A stretch of 64,000 nt of DNA from an uncultured Chloroflexia bacterium (GTDB taxonomy: Bacteria; Chloroflexota; Dehalococcoidia; DSTF01; JACRBR01). Made by a program: the position numbers and the translations under genes. The notes under the pieces are model-generated. The model was not told the origin of the DNA. It worked only from the letters and a program-made list of their open reading frames with translations, and made no database searches. The DNA lies in the NCBI GenBank assembly GCA_963736015.1, contig CAVTNG010000007.1, positions 171,803 to 235,802 of the forward strand, given 5' to 3'. Shown piece after piece: positions 62,168 through 64,000 of the stretch; positions within the stretch are counted from its first letter, which is position 1, and each line of letters begins with the position of its first letter.

Positions 62168-62392
62168 TCATGCAGTCAGCCCGTCGACTTTCACTTGCGC
62201 TAGCCACTCTTCAACGGTCGCACACACGGGGGGCATGATCATAAAGGGCAGCCCTTCGGCTTCGGCCAGAGCAAGTGCTTCCAGTTCCTCCGCTGTAGGA
62301 GGATCGCTCATGCCAACGACGAAATTGCGCACGCCCGCCCGCTTCCGCGTCTCGAGCGCCGTGAGTTGCGCGGCCACGCTGCGCCGGGTCAT
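62168..62392 (-). CDS. hypothetical small protein
   Basis: 74-aa ORF MTRRSVAAQLTALETRKRAGVRNFVVGMSDPPTAEELEALALAEAEG. Confidence 0.2.
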   Translation of the reverse strand: MTRRSVAAQLTALETRKRAGVRNFVVGMSDPPTAEELEALALAEAEGLPFMIMPPVCATVEEWLAQVKVDGLTA

Positions 62393-62920
62393 TTGCCACT
62401 CCCCGTGGTTTCAAGTGCCGCAAGACGGCGCTCGTGCTCGTGCAGATCGACCGCGCTCACAAATGCACTCACGACCTTGGCGAGGTAAGACGCCTACCGA
62501 CGCGGTCGCGGCATCGAGCGCGATCGTTGCGGCCGTGGCGGCGGGCGGCCCGGGGTGTTACGGTCGCGTGAGTGGGTCCATTGACCCAACATGCCTACGA
62601 TTGGGAGTCCGAATAGCAAGGAGGACGATGTGTATGCGGTCGTGAGAACCTACTCGGGCGTCGGAGCCAAGGACTTTTTCGACCTGCTGGAGAAGCGCAA
62701 GACCGAAGTAGAAGCCGTCATGCGTTCTGTGCCGGGGCTTGTAAGTTCAGACCTCCTGACATAGCGGATTTCCACGACTGAAATCACTGGCCTTTCCGTC
62801 CCCCGAGGTGCGGACCAATAGCTGTCCGGTTTTTCGGGTCTGCAAGACGCAACCCGCTGCGCCGGCGAAGGTTTTGCGGCAGAGCTTGCGGACTCAAACT
62901 TGTCCGCTCTAGCTCGTCGC

Positions 62921-64000
62921 ATGAGCGCCCAACAAGCCTTGGCGCTGCCCTCGCCGGCGGCATCGAATACCGTGGTCATCAATGCGCGCTGCAGCTTGCG
63001 GATCGAAGCGGATCAGCGCGTGATCGTCGTCGCCGGACTGCCGGTGCATCACTATCGCGGGGAGGATGCGGTCGCCGAGGCCTATGCGATGGTGTTCTTG
63101 GTGGAGTCGGGCTTTGCCCAGCAAACGGACGTGGCGCGGGCGTTTGCCCGATCGGTGCGCACCGTGCGGCGGTACCAAGGGCGCTATGCGCAGGGCGGGA
63201 TGGGGGCGCTCGGTCGCGCGGAGGGTTGGTGTCGCGGTCGACGACGGATCTCCGGGAAACGTCTGCGCAGCATCGAGATGCTGAAGACCCAGGGGATGAG
63301 CAACCGGGCGATCGCGCACCGGCTGGGCGTCAGCGAGAAGGCCATCCGCAAGCTGGTCGGACCTTCGAAGCCCGCCGAGAGCGGGCAGCTTGCGCTCGCC
63401 GGAATCATGACCGCAGTGGGGAGGCCGCCGGCAACTCGCGTGCCGTCTGCAACGTCGACCGGCAATGATGTGGATGGCGCCACGTCATCGGCGGAGGACC
63501 GCGCCGGCGACCGCGATCCGATCACCGCGCCTGCGGAAGACGGTGAGCCGGTGCCGATGAGCCTCGACCGCGATGCAAGCGATCGGACCTTCGATCGGCA
63601 GCTCGCCTATCTCGGGCTGCTCGATGATGCCGCACCGCTGTTTCGCGAGGGGTGCTCGGTTCCCGGTGTCGGTGTCCTGCTCGCGCTGCCGTGTTTGCTC
63701 GAGAGCGGGCTGCTCCGGATCAGCCGCAAGCTCTACGGTGAAATCGGTCCGGCGTTCTATGGCCTGCGCACGACGTTGCTGACGCTCCTGTTCATGGCGC
63801 TGCTCCGCATCAAGCGGCCCGAGCATCTCAAGGAACGAGACCCGGCCGCGTTCGGCAGCCTCCTCGGGCTCGACCGAGCGCCGGAAGTGAAGACGCTGCG
63901 GCGGCGGCTCACTCGCCTTGCGGCGCACCATTGCGCCGAGCAGCTGGGTGCGGAGCTTGCGCGTCTGCGTGTCGATCAGCGCGGACATCTCATGGGGTTT
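62921..64000 (+). CDS. mobile-element protein, probable transposase with N-terminal HTH; runs off the window end (no stop)
   Basis: open frame of more than 360 codons: MSAQQALALPSP...AYAMVFLVESGFAQQTDVARAFARSVRTVRRYQ...MLKTQGMSNRAIAHRLGVSEKAIRKLVG...VPGVGVLLALPCLLESGLL... Confidence 0.4.
   Translation, partial: MSAQQALALPSPAASNTVVINARCSLRIEADQRVIVVAGLPVHHYRGEDAVAEAYAMVFLVESGFAQQTDVARAFARSVRTVRRYQGRYAQGGMGALGRAEGWCRGRRRISGKRLRSIEMLKTQGMSNRAIAHRLGVSEKAIRKLVGPSKPAESGQLALAGIMTAVGRPPATRVPSATSTGNDVDGATSSAEDRAGDRDPITAPAEDGEPVPMSLDRDASDRTFDRQLAYLGLLDDAAPLFREGCSVPGVGVLLALPCLLESGLLRISRKLYGEIGPAFYGLRTTLLTLLFMALLRIKRPEHLKERDPAAFGSLLGLDRAPEVKTLRRRLTRLAAHHCAEQLGAELARLRVDQRGHLMGF

Overview
This 64 kb window is high-GC (roughly 68-70% by eye) and falls into two very different halves.

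Positions 1 to about 36,550 are a dense block of housekeeping and accessory genes on both strands. Genes recognised: tsaE, thiL, a metallophosphoesterase, holB followed by yaaT/ricT, a STAS protein, uppP, an oppA-oppB-oppC peptide ABC transporter, a crotonyl-CoA carboxylase/reductase-like ccr, a hicA-hicB toxin-antitoxin pair, a DAGK-type lipid kinase, an FAD oxidoreductase, a small (type-I-like) citrate synthase, speH, a TIGR03960-like radical SAM enzyme, proS, a secreted beta-helix protein, a DinB-family protein, and a moxR-DUF58-DUF4129 operon.

The same half also carries one plus-strand gene and a tandem minus-strand array of alpha/beta-hydrolase--class-III nucleotide cyclase fusion paralogs. 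The gene content resembles a Chloroflexi/Thermomicrobia-like or other Gram-positive-type lineage. About half of the genes longer than 0.8 kb are broken into 2-7 reading-frame pieces by small indels.

Positions 36,550 to 64,000 look alphaproteobacterial (Bradyrhizobium/Rhodopseudomonas-like). The region is mostly an insertion-sequence graveyard:
- an IS5 fragment
- a classical IS66 tnpC split in two
- three copies of an IS66/ISBst12-group element (one intact)
- one IS1595
- two IS630 copies
- one IS1634
- one rve-type fragment

It also holds a three-gene large-serine-recombinase element (accessory DUF protein + small protein + 685-aa recombinase). That element sits inside the IS66 tnpC and is itself interrupted, within its recombinase gene, by a second intact inverted copy of the same element. 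Downstream are groES-groEL with two CIRCE operators, usg, ku (frameshifted), a GNAT, phasin, and a partial mobile-element gene at the window edge.

The switch between the halves coincides with a G8 homopolymer and a moxR gene that has lost its N-terminal AAA domain. A chimeric assembly join or a genuine IS-associated acquisition therefore has to be considered. No rRNA, CRISPR array or confidently identifiable tRNA was seen.
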